From: Candidatus Marinacidobacterium sp.
GTDB taxonomy: Bacteria; Acidobacteriota; Vicinamibacteria; Marinacidobacterales; Marinacidobacteraceae
DNA: 64,000 nt
Direction: 5' to 3'
NCBI GenBank assembly: GCA_965220965.1
Contig: OZ244852.1
Span: 1,024,001-1,088,000 of the forward strand
Shown here: in pieces, positions 9,949-19,970 of the stretch
Numbering within the stretch: position 1 is the first letter of the stretch
How the letters are laid out: each line of letters opens with the position of its first letter
Notes under the pieces: model-generated
The model's database searches: none
What the model was told of the DNA's origin: nothing
The model's input: only the letters and a program-made list of their open reading frames with translations
Translations under genes and position numbers: made by a program

Positions 9949-11433
9949 GTGGATCCGGTTCGACCGGGCGGTCGCGCCCGGCGGCTCGCCGCCCGGGTCC
10001 TCCTCGGCGGCGGCGTCCTCCTGCTGTCGGCGTCGACCATCCATCCCCCCGGCCATCCCCCGGAACAACCCCCGGAGCAACCTCCGGAACAGCCCCCGAC
10101 CGAGCCGCCCGGGGAGTCGGAGCTCCCACCACCCGAGGGCGAAGCGGGAGAGGTCGCTCCCCCGGAGACGCCGCCCGACGCCGGCGAGGAGGAGCCCGCG
10201 ACCGAAGGCGCGGTCGAGACCGGCGAGGAGGAAGAGCCGGAGACCGGACCGCCGGGCGCGGGCGCTCCCCCGGACACCGCGGTGGCGCCGCTCGGCGGGA
10301 TTCTCCCCGGAGACCTGATCGTCGCCTCCGGTCCGGGGGGACCGCTCGTCCAGATCCTCCCCCTCGAGCACGGCGTCGCGGCCCGCACGGCGACCGGCGC
10401 AGTCGCGGTCTATTCCGACCGGGCGACCTCGCCCCGCTGGCGAGCCTCGCTCGGCGCGACGTTCCTCGGGGAGGCGACCCAGGGGCTCCTGGTGCTGAAC
10501 CGGGAGGGGGAGGCCGCGATCCACCGGATCACCGATGGAGCGCGCCTCGGCGGCTTCTCCACCGGGCTGGCCCCCGGAGCCACGGCCCCCGGCGACGGTC
10601 CCTGGCCGGAGGATCGGCCTCCGGCGGCCGTCGCGGGCGGGGTGCTCTACGTTGTCGTCGCCGGGGCCCTCCATGGCTACGCCGTCCCGGACGGCGACCG
10701 GGTGCTTCTGGCCGAGCTCCCGGGGCCGGGCGCGACCGCGGTGGTCGCGACGACGCTCCGGGCGGCCTCCGGGGCGCGATCCGGCCGCGCCGCTCCGGCG
10801 ACGCCGGTCCTGCTCGTGTCGCTCGACGCCGACGGCGTCGCGGCGGTCGACGGCCCGACCGCTGGGTCCGGCGGCGTCCGGTGGACGGCGCCAACCGAAG
10901 GGGCGCTCGCAACGCCGGTCGTGGCGCTGCCGGAACGAAACCTGGCGATCGCCGCCGAGGCGAACGGCGGGCTGTCGGCGTTTCGTCTCGAAGACGGCCG
11001 GCGCCGCTGGCGGTGGTCGCTCGCCGAGGGATTCGATCACCCTCCCCTGGCGCAAGGGGATCGGCTCTACGCGGCGACCCGCGCGAACACGATCTACGCC
11101 TTTGACGCCGCCACCGGAGCCGAGCAGTGGAGAGCCGGGCTGCCGGGACGCGCCGCCGCGAGCCCGCTGCGCCTGGCTGGCGCGCTGATCGTGGCCACCC
11201 GCGACGGATGGGTGCTCGAGCTGAACCCGCAGAACGGCATGGCCATGGGCCGGCCCCGCGACCTCGGCGCCGAGGTCACCGGGGCGGTCGCGAGCCGCGG
11301 CGACGCGTCCCGCGAACAGGGCTGGCGCGCCCGTCGCCTGCTTCTGGGCCTTCGGGACGGAAGCCTGGCCACGCTGGGTCCGCGGCTGGGCGCCGCATCA
11401 CCGGCGCCTTCCGGTAATGTCCCGCCGCGCTGA
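9949..11433 (+). CDS. PQQ-like beta-propeller repeat protein (BamB-like) with Pro/Glu-rich N-terminal linker
   Basis: Repeats such as AFDAATGAEQW, AFRLEDGRRRW, SGGVRWT; signal-like RVLLGGGVLLLSAS; start uncertain (TTG 9850 or GTG 9949). Confidence 0.72.
   Translation: MDPVRPGGRARRLAARVLLGGGVLLLSASTIHPPGHPPEQPPEQPPEQPPTEPPGESELPPPEGEAGEVAPPETPPDAGEEEPATEGAVETGEEEEPETGPPGAGAPPDTAVAPLGGILPGDLIVASGPGGPLVQILPLEHGVAARTATGAVAVYSDRATSPRWRASLGATFLGEATQGLLVLNREGEAAIHRITDGARLGGFSTGLAPGATAPGDGPWPEDRPPAAVAGGVLYVVVAGALHGYAVPDGDRVLLAELPGPGATAVVATTLRAASGARSGRAAPATPVLLVSLDADGVAAVDGPTAGSGGVRWTAPTEGALATPVVALPERNLAIAAEANGGLSAFRLEDGRRRWRWSLAEGFDHPPLAQGDRLYAATRANTIYAFDAATGAEQWRAGLPGRAAASPLRLAGALIVATRDGWVLELNPQNGMAMGRPRDLGAEVTGAVASRGDASREQGWRARRLLLGLRDGSLATLGPRLGAASPAPSGNVPPR
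10042..10113 (+). repeat. Intragenic 12-bp tandem repeat encoding (PPEQ)n-type linker
   Basis: ccccggaacaac / ccccggagcaac / ctccggaacagc units translate to HPPGHPPEQPPEQPPEQPPTEPP. Confidence 0.7.
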
Positions 11434-11458
11434 TGCAGTCCGTGGCGATCCCCGCTCC

Positions 11459-13021
11459 ATGACCGCCGTCCCGGACACACCGGGTTGCCCCGAGTCCATC
11501 CTGATCGTGGACTTCGGCTCGCAGTACACCCAGCTCATCGCGCGCCGCCTGCGCGAACTCGGGGTCTTCAGCGAGATCCTGCCCTGCACCGCCGCCCCCG
11601 AGGACCTTCGACGCTCCCATCCCCGCGGCATCGTGCTCTCCGGCGGGCCGGAGAGCGTCTACGGAGACGGCGCTCCGGAGGCGCCGGAGGGACTCCTCGA
11701 CGCCGACGTCCCGGTCCTCGGCGTCTGCTACGGCATGCAGCTCCTCGCCCGCGACTGCGGCGGCGATGTCCGGCCGGCCGAACGACGGTCCTACGGGCCG
11801 GCCGTCTTTCGCCACGACGGTTCCGGGCGGCTGTTCCGCGGGGTCCCGCCGCAATTCCGGGCGTGGGCCAGCCACGGGGACCAGGTCCACGCCCTGCCCG
11901 AGGGCTTCCGCCACACCGGCGGGACGACGCAAAACGCCCTCGCGGCCTTCGAGCACCCGGACCGGGGGCTGTACGGCGTCCAGTTTCACCCGGAAGTGGT
12001 CCACACCGAGCACGGCGCGCGCATTCTGGAGAACTTCGCCTTCGGGGTCTGCGGAGCGCGCGGCGACTGGTCGCCGAGGTCCCACGCCGAGCACGCCATC
12101 GCCGCCATCCGGCACACCGTCGGTGACGGACAGGTCGTCTGCGGCGCCTCCGGCGGCGTGGATTCCACCGTGACGGCCATGCTGGTTCACCGGGCGATCG
12201 GCGACCGGCTCCACTGCATCTTCGTGGACAACGGGGTTCTCCGGAAGAACGAGGCGGCCCAGGTCCGGTCGGCGTTCGAAGAGGGACTCGGAATCCCGCT
12301 CCGCGCGGTGGACGCCTCGGAGCGGTTCCTGAAGCGCCTCGCCGGTGTCCGGAGCCCGGAGCGCAAGCGCCAGGTCATCGGACGCGAGTTCATCCGGGTG
12401 TTCGAGGAGGAGGCGCGGTCGCTCTCCGGAGTCCGCTTCCTCGCGCAGGGAACGCTCTACCCGGATGTCATCGAGAGCGTCTCGGTGAAGGGACCCTCCG
12501 CGGTCATCAAGAGCCACCACAATGTTGGCGGGCTCCCGAAGCGCATGCGGCTCGGTCTGATCGAGCCGCTCCGCGAGCTCTTCAAGGATGAGGTCCGCGC
12601 GCTCGGCAGGGAACTCGGCGCTCCCGAGGCCCTGATCGGACGCCATCCTTTTCCGGGTCCCGGCCTGGCGGTCCGGGTGCTGGGCCCGGTGGAGCCGGAG
12701 GGCCTGGCGCTGCTCCGCGAGGCGGACGCCATCTTCGAGGACGAGATCCGCGCCGCCGGGCTGTACGACCGGATCTGGCAGGCGTTCGCCGTGCTGCTGC
12801 CGCTGAGGACCGTCGGGGTCATGGGCGACGCCCGCACCTATGAGCGCGTCGTCGCGCTCCGCGCGGTGGAGAGCCGGGACGGGATGACGGCCGACTGGGC
12901 CCGGTTTCCGCATGACGTGCTGGTGCGGGTGTCGAACCGCATCACCGGAGAGGTCCGGGGCGTGAACCGGGTCGTCCTCGACATCACGTCGAAACCCCCG
13001 GGCACGATCGAATGGGAGTGA
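11459..13021 (+). CDS. guaA: GMP synthase (glutamine-hydrolysing)
   Basis: DFGSQYTQLIARR, GVCYGMQ, QFHPEV, SGGVDS, IKSHHNVGGLP, KPPGTIEWE. Confidence 0.98.
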   Translation: MTAVPDTPGCPESILIVDFGSQYTQLIARRLRELGVFSEILPCTAAPEDLRRSHPRGIVLSGGPESVYGDGAPEAPEGLLDADVPVLGVCYGMQLLARDCGGDVRPAERRSYGPAVFRHDGSGRLFRGVPPQFRAWASHGDQVHALPEGFRHTGGTTQNALAAFEHPDRGLYGVQFHPEVVHTEHGARILENFAFGVCGARGDWSPRSHAEHAIAAIRHTVGDGQVVCGASGGVDSTVTAMLVHRAIGDRLHCIFVDNGVLRKNEAAQVRSAFEEGLGIPLRAVDASERFLKRLAGVRSPERKRQVIGREFIRVFEEEARSLSGVRFLAQGTLYPDVIESVSVKGPSAVIKSHHNVGGLPKRMRLGLIEPLRELFKDEVRALGRELGAPEALIGRHPFPGPGLAVRVLGPVEPEGLALLREADAIFEDEIRAAGLYDRIWQAFAVLLPLRTVGVMGDARTYERVVALRAVESRDGMTADWARFPHDVLVRVSNRITGEVRGVNRVVLDITSKPPGTIEWE

Positions 13022-16000
13022 CGCCAGCCGCCCCGGAACCGACGACTCCGAAGCCCGCTCCGGCCCCGACGAAGCCCGGCTTCGTCCACCTGCACACCCA
13101 CACCGAGTACTCCCTGCTCGACGGGATGACCCGGGTGTCGCAGGTGCTCGACAAGGCGCGGAGCGACGGCCAGCCGGCGGCCGCGATCACCGATCACGGC
13201 AACCTCTTCGGCGCGCTCAAGTTCCACCGCGCCGCCAGGGAGGCGGGCGTCCGGCCGATCCTCGGATGCGAGGCCTATGTCGCGCCGGGAAGCCGGCGGG
13301 ACCAGAACCCGGACCGCGACAACCAGCACCTGGTCCTGCTCGCCCGCAACGAGACCGGCTACCGGAACCTGATGCGCCTTTCCTCGATCGCGCACATCGA
13401 GGGCTTCTACTTCCGCCCGCGCGTCGACTTCGAGACGCTGGAGCGCCACCACGAGGGCCTCATCGCGCTCTCCGCCTGTCCCAAGGGGATCGTGCCGCGC
13501 GCCATCCTGGACGACGAGGCGGACCCGCTGGAGGTGGCCGGGCGCTACCAGGAGGTCTTCGGGAAGGAGAACTACTACCTCGAGGTCATGGACCACAGCC
13601 CGGCCGGGGCGCCAGCGGAGGCGGGGGCGCGGCTGACCGAGCTGGAGCGGCGCATCGGGGAGGGGCTGCTGGAGCTCTCGAAGCGCACCGGCATCCCGCT
13701 GGTGGCCACGAACGACTCGCACTACGCCGAGCCGGGGGACGCCGCCGCGCACGACCTCCGGCTCTGCATCAGCACGAACAGCCGCATTCACGACCCGAAG
13801 CGGCTCCGGTTCGACACCGAGGAGTTCCACTTCAAGAGTTCCGCCGAGATGGAGCTGCGGTTCCGGGAATTCCCGGACGCCTCCCGGAACACGCTGCGGA
13901 TCGCGGAGGGCGTCGAGGACTATGACCTCGTGGGAGGGCCGAGCCTCCTCCCCGACTTCCCGACGCCCGACGGCGAAACCATCGACGCCTACTTCGAGGC
14001 GACCGCGCGCGCCGGCCTCGAGGCCCGGCTCGAGTCTCCCGAGCTTCACGGGCTGCGTCCGGACCGCGGGGCCTACGAGGAGCGGCTGACGCACGAGCTC
14101 GGGGTGATCCACCGGACCGGATACGCCGCCTACTTCCTCATCGTCGAGGACTTCATCCGGTTCGCCCGCGAGCGGTCCATTCCGGTGGGACCGGGACGCG
14201 GTTCGGCCGCCGGCAGCCTGGTGGCGTACGCCCTCCACATCACCGACATCGATCCGCTGGCGCACGGGCTGCTGTTCGAGCGGTTCCTCAACGCGGAGCG
14301 GGTCAGCCCACCCGACATCGATGTCGATTTCTGCGAGATGCGGCGGGAGGAGGTGCTCTCCTACGTCACGGAGAAGTACGGCGCCGACCGGGTGGCGCAG
14401 ATCCTCACGCTCAACACGATGCAGGCGCGGCTGGTCGTCCGCGACGTGGGACGGATGCTGGACCTCCCGCTCCAGCAGGTGGATCGACTGGCCAAGCTCA
14501 TTCCGTTCGGCGCCAGGCTCGACGAAGCCGTGAAGCAGGTCCCGCGGCTGCGCGAGGCGCAGCGGGATCCGCAGATCGCCCGCCTCTTCGAGCTGGCGCG
14601 ACGCCTCGAGGGCCTCCCGCGTTCGGTCGGCACCCACGCCGCCGGCGTCGTCGTCGCTCCGAAGCCGCTCATGGACATCGCGCCGCTGTACCGCGAGACG
14701 GAGAGTCGGGGAGGCGCCCGCGCCAGAACCGACGACGCGGAGAGCGAAGCCGGCGCCGTCCGGTGGCGAACGCAGTACGACATGAAGGACTGCGAGGCGA
14801 TCGGGCTGTTCAAGATGGACTTCCTGGGCCTCCGGGCGCTGACCCAGATCGAGGACTGCGCCCGCCGGATCGAAGAGGACGCCTCGGCCGGAAGCAGCGA
14901 GGACGACGCCGGGATCCTGCGCCACATCCGCGCCGGACGCTTCGAGAAGGTCCCCCCCGATCCCTCGACCTTCGAGCTCTTCGCCCGCGCCGACACCGAC
15001 GGGATCTTCCAGTTCGAGAGCGGCGGGATGCGCGAACTCCTCGCGAGTTACGGGCCGGAGAACCTGGCCGACCTCGCGGCCATGAACGCGCTCTATCGCC
15101 CGGGCCCGCTGAACAGCGGCATGACGGCCGAGTTCGTCGCCGCCAAGCGGAAGCCGGACGGACTCTCGAAGAAGCTCGACCGACGGGTCCGGCGTCTGTT
15201 CCCGGATACGCGCGGGCTCATCGTCTATCAGGAGCAGGTGATGCTCGCGGCGCGCGAACTCGCCGGCTACACGCTGTCGCAGGCCGACATTCTGCGGAAG
15301 GCGATGGGCAAGAAGGACCCGGCGGTCATGGCGCGGGAGGAGAGCCGCTTCGTGGAGGGCGCCGCCGCCGGCGGTCTGGAGCGCGAGGTGGCCCAGGAGA
15401 CCTTCCAGCAGATCGCCGAGTTCGCCGGCTACGGATTCAACAAATCCCACGCCGTGGGCTACGCGCTGGTGGCCTATGTCGCCGGCTGGCTGAAGCGCCA
15501 CTTCCCGGTCCACTTCACCGCGTCGCTGCTCACCGCGCAGCAGCGGTCCGGCGACCGGGACGAACGGATCGCGCGAACGCGGGCGAAGGCGGAGGCGGCG
15601 GGGATCCCCATCCTCCCGCCCGACGCGCAGACCAGCGGCGCCGACGCCGAGGTCGAGGGCGGAGGGGTCCGTTACGGGCTGGCGGCGGTGAAGCAGATGG
15701 GGGAGCGCGCCGCCCGCGCCATCGAGACCGCCCGCCAGCGCTGCGGCCGGTTCGAGTCGCTGACGCACATGCTGGAAGAGGTCGAGCCGGGGACCCTGAA
15801 CCGGGGCTCGCTCGAAGCCCTCACCGGCGCCGGCGCCCTCGACTGTCTCGGCGTCGACCGCTCCCGGATCGTGGGCGGGATCCCCAGAGCGCTCCGGGCT
15901 GCGAGCCGCGCCCGCGCCCGCCGGGAGAGCGGCGCGCAGGCGCTCTTCGGCGGCGAGGACCCCACCCCCCGGGATCACTTTCCCGAGACCGCCCCCTGGA

Positions 16001-16701
16001 GCGACGCCGAGCGTCTGGAGCGGGAACGCGCCGCGCTCGGGTTCTACTGGTCCGGCCATCCGGGCCGCGACCTCCGCCGGGCGTTCCCCCGCGCCGCCAC
16101 CGAAGTGAGCGGGCTTCTCGAAGCCCGGAAGGATCGCGAGGTCTCGGTCGTCGGCCTGGTGCGCAGTCTCGAACGGCGACGCACCCGGGACGGCCGGCGC
16201 ATGGGCAAGTTCCAGTTGGAGGACGACACCGGGTCCATCGCGGTCGTGGTGTTTCCCGACAACTGGGCGGGCGCGCCCGAACTCGAGACCGAACCCGCCG
16301 TCCTCGTCCGCGGCGCCCTCAAGGGGCGGAACGCGGCGAGTGGGGCGGGGGCCGCTCGCGGCGACGGCCCGGAGATCATCGCCTCGGAGGTTCTCCTCGC
16401 CTCGGACGCCCTCTGGCGCGGAATCCGCTGCGTCGAGATCGAGGTCTCCGACCCGGACGCCGTTGCGGTGGCGCTGCGCGACCTCCTCCAGGAGCACCGG
16501 GGGAACGTTCGCCTGGATCTCCGCCTCCGCTCGGAGGGCGTCGAGTCGCTGCTCACGACGGCGATGCCGGTCGCTCCCAACCCCTCCTTCGGGAGCGCGG
16601 TCGTCTCGCTCCTCGGGCGCCCGTCGCTCCGGGTGGATGGTCGGCCGGTTCCCGCCTTCGCGCTCGCCGAGCCCGCGGCGACGCCGGACTCCGCGAGCTG
16701 A
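13018..16701 (+). CDS. dnaE: DNA polymerase III subunit alpha (replicative DnaE)
   Basis: PHP motifs HLHTHTEYSLLDG and TDHGN, GRGSAAGS, catalytic PDIDVD, YGFNKSHA, OB domain; GTGA overlap with guaA; no intein seen. Confidence 0.97.
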   Translation: MTPAAPEPTTPKPAPAPTKPGFVHLHTHTEYSLLDGMTRVSQVLDKARSDGQPAAAITDHGNLFGALKFHRAAREAGVRPILGCEAYVAPGSRRDQNPDRDNQHLVLLARNETGYRNLMRLSSIAHIEGFYFRPRVDFETLERHHEGLIALSACPKGIVPRAILDDEADPLEVAGRYQEVFGKENYYLEVMDHSPAGAPAEAGARLTELERRIGEGLLELSKRTGIPLVATNDSHYAEPGDAAAHDLRLCISTNSRIHDPKRLRFDTEEFHFKSSAEMELRFREFPDASRNTLRIAEGVEDYDLVGGPSLLPDFPTPDGETIDAYFEATARAGLEARLESPELHGLRPDRGAYEERLTHELGVIHRTGYAAYFLIVEDFIRFARERSIPVGPGRGSAAGSLVAYALHITDIDPLAHGLLFERFLNAERVSPPDIDVDFCEMRREEVLSYVTEKYGADRVAQILTLNTMQARLVVRDVGRMLDLPLQQVDRLAKLIPFGARLDEAVKQVPRLREAQRDPQIARLFELARRLEGLPRSVGTHAAGVVVAPKPLMDIAPLYRETESRGGARARTDDAESEAGAVRWRTQYDMKDCEAIGLFKMDFLGLRALTQIEDCARRIEEDASAGSSEDDAGILRHIRAGRFEKVPPDPSTFELFARADTDGIFQFESGGMRELLASYGPENLADLAAMNALYRPGPLNSGMTAEFVAAKRKPDGLSKKLDRRVRRLFPDTRGLIVYQEQVMLAARELAGYTLSQADILRKAMGKKDPAVMAREESRFVEGAAAGGLEREVAQETFQQIAEFAGYGFNKSHAVGYALVAYVAGWLKRHFPVHFTASLLTAQQRSGDRDERIARTRAKAEAAGIPILPPDAQTSGADAEVEGGGVRYGLAAVKQMGERAARAIETARQRCGRFESLTHMLEEVEPGTLNRGSLEALTGAGALDCLGVDRSRIVGGIPRALRAASRARARRESGAQALFGGEDPTPRDHFPETAPWSDAERLERERAALGFYWSGHPGRDLRRAFPRAATEVSGLLEARKDREVSVVGLVRSLERRRTRDGRRMGKFQLEDDTGSIAVVVFPDNWAGAPELETEPAVLVRGALKGRNAASGAGAARGDGPEIIASEVLLASDALWRGIRCVEIEVSDPDAVAVALRDLLQEHRGNVRLDLRLRSEGVESLLTTAMPVAPNPSFGSAVVSLLGRPSLRVDGRPVPAFALAEPAATPDSAS

Positions 16702-16776
16702 ACGCCTGAGCGCCGCGATGTCCTGGTACAGGACTTGCGTACGCCCCGCGACCGTCTGGTTACACTTCGCTTCGAG

Positions 16777-17796
16777 ATGCAGCGGGAATTCCTGGACTTC
16801 GAGGCGGAACTCCAGACGATCGTCGAGCGCATCGAGTCGCTGACCGGCTATCCGGACCGCCACGAGGCGGAGATCACCGGACTCGAGCGGGAGCTCCTTC
16901 GGCGCCGGCGCGAGATCTACGCCGGTCTCACTCCCTGGCAGCGGGTCCGGGTGGCGCGCCACCCGGAGCGGCCCTACACGCTGGACTACGTGCGGCGGAT
17001 CTTCACCGGGTTCACCGAAATCCATGGCGATCGGGGCTTCGGTGACGACCCGGCGGTGGTGGGCGGCCCGGCGTGGCTGGCCGGCCAGCCGGTCATGGTG
17101 ATCGGCCAGCAGAAGGGGCGGGACACCACGCAGCGGATCCACCGCAACTACGGGATGCCCCGTCCCGAGGGCTACCGGAAGGCGCTCCGGCTCATGCGGC
17201 TCGCCGAAAAGTTCGGCCGGCCGGTCATTTCGCTGGTGGACACCCCGGGCGCCTATCCGGGGATCGACGCCGAGGAACGGGGTCAGGCCGAAGCGATCGC
17301 CAGGAACCTCCGCGAGATGGCGCGCCTGGCGGTTCCGATCGTGGTGGCGGTCATCGGCGAGGGCGGCTCCGGCGGCGCGCTCGGGATCGCCGTCGGGGAC
17401 CGGATCCTCATGATGGAGAACGCCATCTACTCGGTGATCTCTCCCGAGGGCTGCGCCGCCATCCTCTGGAAGGACCCGGAGCGGGCCATGGAGGCGGCCG
17501 AGGAAGCGGCGACCCGGATGCGGATCACCGCCACCGAACACAAGGCCAACGGGCTCATCGACGAGATCGTCCCCGAACCGCCCGGCGGAGCGCACGCCGA
17601 TCCGGACGCGGCGGCGAAGATCCTGGGCGACCGCCTGCGCGCGGCGCTCAGGGACCTGGCTGGCGAAGAGCCCCGCGCGTTGCGTCGCGCCCGTTCCGCC
17701 AAGTTCCGCGCCATGGGATCCGTTGGCCTCGAGCCGAGCCACCGCAGCCCGGAGTCCCCACCGGGACCCGCGCCGCTCCCGGCGGCCGGGAGCTGA
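16777..17796 (+). CDS. accA: Acetyl-CoA carboxylase carboxyltransferase alpha subunit
   Basis: [54 protein letters not shown]. Confidence 0.97.
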   Translation: MQREFLDFEAELQTIVERIESLTGYPDRHEAEITGLERELLRRRREIYAGLTPWQRVRVARHPERPYTLDYVRRIFTGFTEIHGDRGFGDDPAVVGGPAWLAGQPVMVIGQQKGRDTTQRIHRNYGMPRPEGYRKALRLMRLAEKFGRPVISLVDTPGAYPGIDAEERGQAEAIARNLREMARLAVPIVVAVIGEGGSGGALGIAVGDRILMMENAIYSVISPEGCAAILWKDPERAMEAAEEAATRMRITATEHKANGLIDEIVPEPPGGAHADPDAAAKILGDRLRAALRDLAGEEPRALRRARSAKFRAMGSVGLEPSHRSPESPPGPAPLPAAGS

Positions 17797-17801
17797 CGCC
17801 C

Positions 17802-19970
17802 GTGCCCGGTCCGGGCTCTCCTCCGCCGGGCGGAGGCCGGTCGCCGGCGCCGCGCAATCGTCCCCCGGCGACGCTGCGTTGGCGCCGCGCCCGGCGCCTG
17901 GGACGCCTGGCCAGCCTGGCCGCGTTCCTGGGCTTCACGCTCTTCCTGGGACGGGAACTCCGCGAGAGTTTCGCCCGGCGCGGCGCGCCGCCGACGACCG
18001 GGCAGGCCCAGACCGAAGAGCCGGACGAGGTCGTTTCGCGGGCGCTCGAGGCGACCGCCTTCGACAGCGATGGCGCCGTCGTCGAGATCCGCGCAGCCGA
18101 GGCGCTGGGCCACAGCGAAGGCCGTCAGCGCCTCCTGGACGCCGAGGTTCGCCTCGCCGGCGCCGACGAGGGTCGGGATGTCGTCCTGGCGGCCGACGAA
18201 CTGATCCTCGACATCGGCGGATCCATCGCCGTGCTGGATTTCATCGGCAACGCCGTCCTGCGGACCGAGCGGCTGGAGCTGGCCGGTCCGCACCTCCGCT
18301 TCCGGGGAGCGCCGAACCGTCTGTGGTCCATCGACCCCGTTCAGTTCGCCACCGAGGACCTGATCGGGATCGCCGCCGGGATGCAGTTCCGGGTCGGGAC
18401 CGGAGAGGCGCACCTCCAGGGCGTCACCGCCGGGCCGCCGCCCGGAAAGGCCGACCCCGGCGCCGGGGTCCGGATCTCGGCGGGGCGGGCCCACTTCGAT
18501 CCCTGGGAGGGGGTCGTCACCCTCGAGGAGGAGCCGCACCTGACCTCCGGGCGCCTGGAGCTGCGCTCCCGCTCGCCGGTCCTGGTGCGCCGGGACCTCG
18601 AGCGAAGCCAGACCCGCTCGGTGGAGTCCGGCTTCGGAACCGAAGTCGTGGTCCATCCGCCCGGGTCTCAGGACACCGAGCCCGGCGCCGGCGCGACTTC
18701 GGAGGCGATGACCCCGGCCGTGACGCTGCACAGCGACCTCATGGAGATCGAGCTCGGCCCCGCCGCCGTGCCCGCCACCGTCCGGGCCACGGAAAACGTT
18801 GTCCTGGCGCGCGGCGACACCGAGCTTCGCGCCGAGCGGGCGCGGCTCCAACTGACCCCGGAGGGGTCTACCGAACACCTGGAGCTCAACGGGAGCGTCG
18901 AAGCGCGCCTCGAGACCGCCTCCGGAGGTCGGCTCGTCTTCCTCGAGGCCGAACGCATGGAGACCGGCTTCCGCTCCGACGGCGGATTCGGCGCGGCGGA
19001 TTTCTCCGGGGGCGTCAGCGCCCGCATGGGGTCCACGACGTCGACCTCGGAGACCGCCCGCTGGAACGGCCGCGACACCCTCGAGCTGGAGGGCGAGCCC
19101 GCCCTCACCGACCCCGCGCTCCTCGATCTGGAGAGTCCCGAAATCCGGCTGACGCTCGGAAGCGAGAGCCGCGTTCGGGCTCGAAGCGGCGTCATGGTCC
19201 GCTTCGCCCCCGGCGCCCTCGGATGGCTTCCGGGGAAGCACCACGAAGCGGCCCTCACCGCCGATCGCGCCGACCTCTCCGCCGGGAGCGGCAAGGCGCG
19301 GTTCCAGGGCGGCGTGAGGCTCCGCTTCGGCCCGAACCGGGTCAGCTCCGGCGGGCTCGAAGTCGATGCGGAGGCGGGAAAGCTGGTGGCCGCCGGCGGC
19401 GTGGACAGCGCGCTCGAGTTTCCGAGGCCCGCCTCCAGCGAGGAACCGGCGCCGGCGGACGGTGAGGAGCGTCCGGCGCCCGTCGCCGCGGGGCCCTCCG
19501 CCGCTGAGGATGGTGAAGTCCGGGCGCCCGGCGCCGCGCCCGAACCGTTCGCCTTCCGCGCCTCGGCCAACCTGATGGCCTACGACGCCGCAACGTCCCG
19601 CCTCTCGTGGCGCGGGGTCCCCCGGCTGATCCATCGCTTCTCCGAGGACGACCCGAGCGAACTGATCGCCGACCGGCTGGACGCCGCGATCTCGCCGGAC
19701 GGCGCCGCCTCCGCCGTGACCGCCGAGGGCGACGCCCGTTTCGAATGGGAAGCCGGCCGGATCGAGGGCGCCCGGATCCGGTACCGGCCGGGCCTCGACG
19801 AACTGGAAGCCTGGGGCGCTCCCGCCGTCATGGAAGCCGACAGTCGCCGTTCCGAAGGCGGCTGGCTGCGGGTCGGGCTTTCCGAGACGAAGTCCCGGAT
19901 CCATCCTCGGGAGACTCGCCGGGTCGAGACCCGGGTGAAGGTGCGTCGCCCGGGCGGAGACGACCGGTGA
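17802..19970 (+). CDS. LptC/LptA-like (OstA beta-jellyroll repeat) LPS transport periplasmic protein
   Basis: Single N-terminal TM (LASLAAFLGFTLFLG), then repeated beta-rich units (LDFIGNAVL, ATENVVL, FSGGVS, RFQGGVRL, AEGDARF); GTGA-coupled to lptB; start approximate. Confidence 0.72.
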   Translation: MPGPGSPPPGGGRSPAPRNRPPATLRWRRARRLGRLASLAAFLGFTLFLGRELRESFARRGAPPTTGQAQTEEPDEVVSRALEATAFDSDGAVVEIRAAEALGHSEGRQRLLDAEVRLAGADEGRDVVLAADELILDIGGSIAVLDFIGNAVLRTERLELAGPHLRFRGAPNRLWSIDPVQFATEDLIGIAAGMQFRVGTGEAHLQGVTAGPPPGKADPGAGVRISAGRAHFDPWEGVVTLEEEPHLTSGRLELRSRSPVLVRRDLERSQTRSVESGFGTEVVVHPPGSQDTEPGAGATSEAMTPAVTLHSDLMEIELGPAAVPATVRATENVVLARGDTELRAERARLQLTPEGSTEHLELNGSVEARLETASGGRLVFLEAERMETGFRSDGGFGAADFSGGVSARMGSTTSTSETARWNGRDTLELEGEPALTDPALLDLESPEIRLTLGSESRVRARSGVMVRFAPGALGWLPGKHHEAALTADRADLSAGSGKARFQGGVRLRFGPNRVSSGGLEVDAEAGKLVAAGGVDSALEFPRPASSEEPAPADGEERPAPVAAGPSAAEDGEVRAPGAAPEPFAFRASANLMAYDAATSRLSWRGVPRLIHRFSEDDPSELIADRLDAAISPDGAASAVTAEGDARFEWEAGRIEGARIRYRPGLDELEAWGAPAVMEADSRRSEGGWLRVGLSETKSRIHPRETRRVETRVKVRRPGGDDR

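Noticed and set aside
14690-14770. Short insertions in DnaE (e.g. ETESRGGARARTDDAESEAGAVRW) considered as intein or mobile remnant
   Set aside because: Too short, with no Cys/Ser start or HN end motifs; looks like a surface-loop expansion
12838-17742. 1634-aa minus-strand ORF and many similar long ORFs (e.g. 5658-8582, 17427-19904, 55133-57229, 61004-62734)
   Set aside because: Antisense or off-frame shadows of well-supported genes; stop codons are rare at this GC content and the translations carry no motifs
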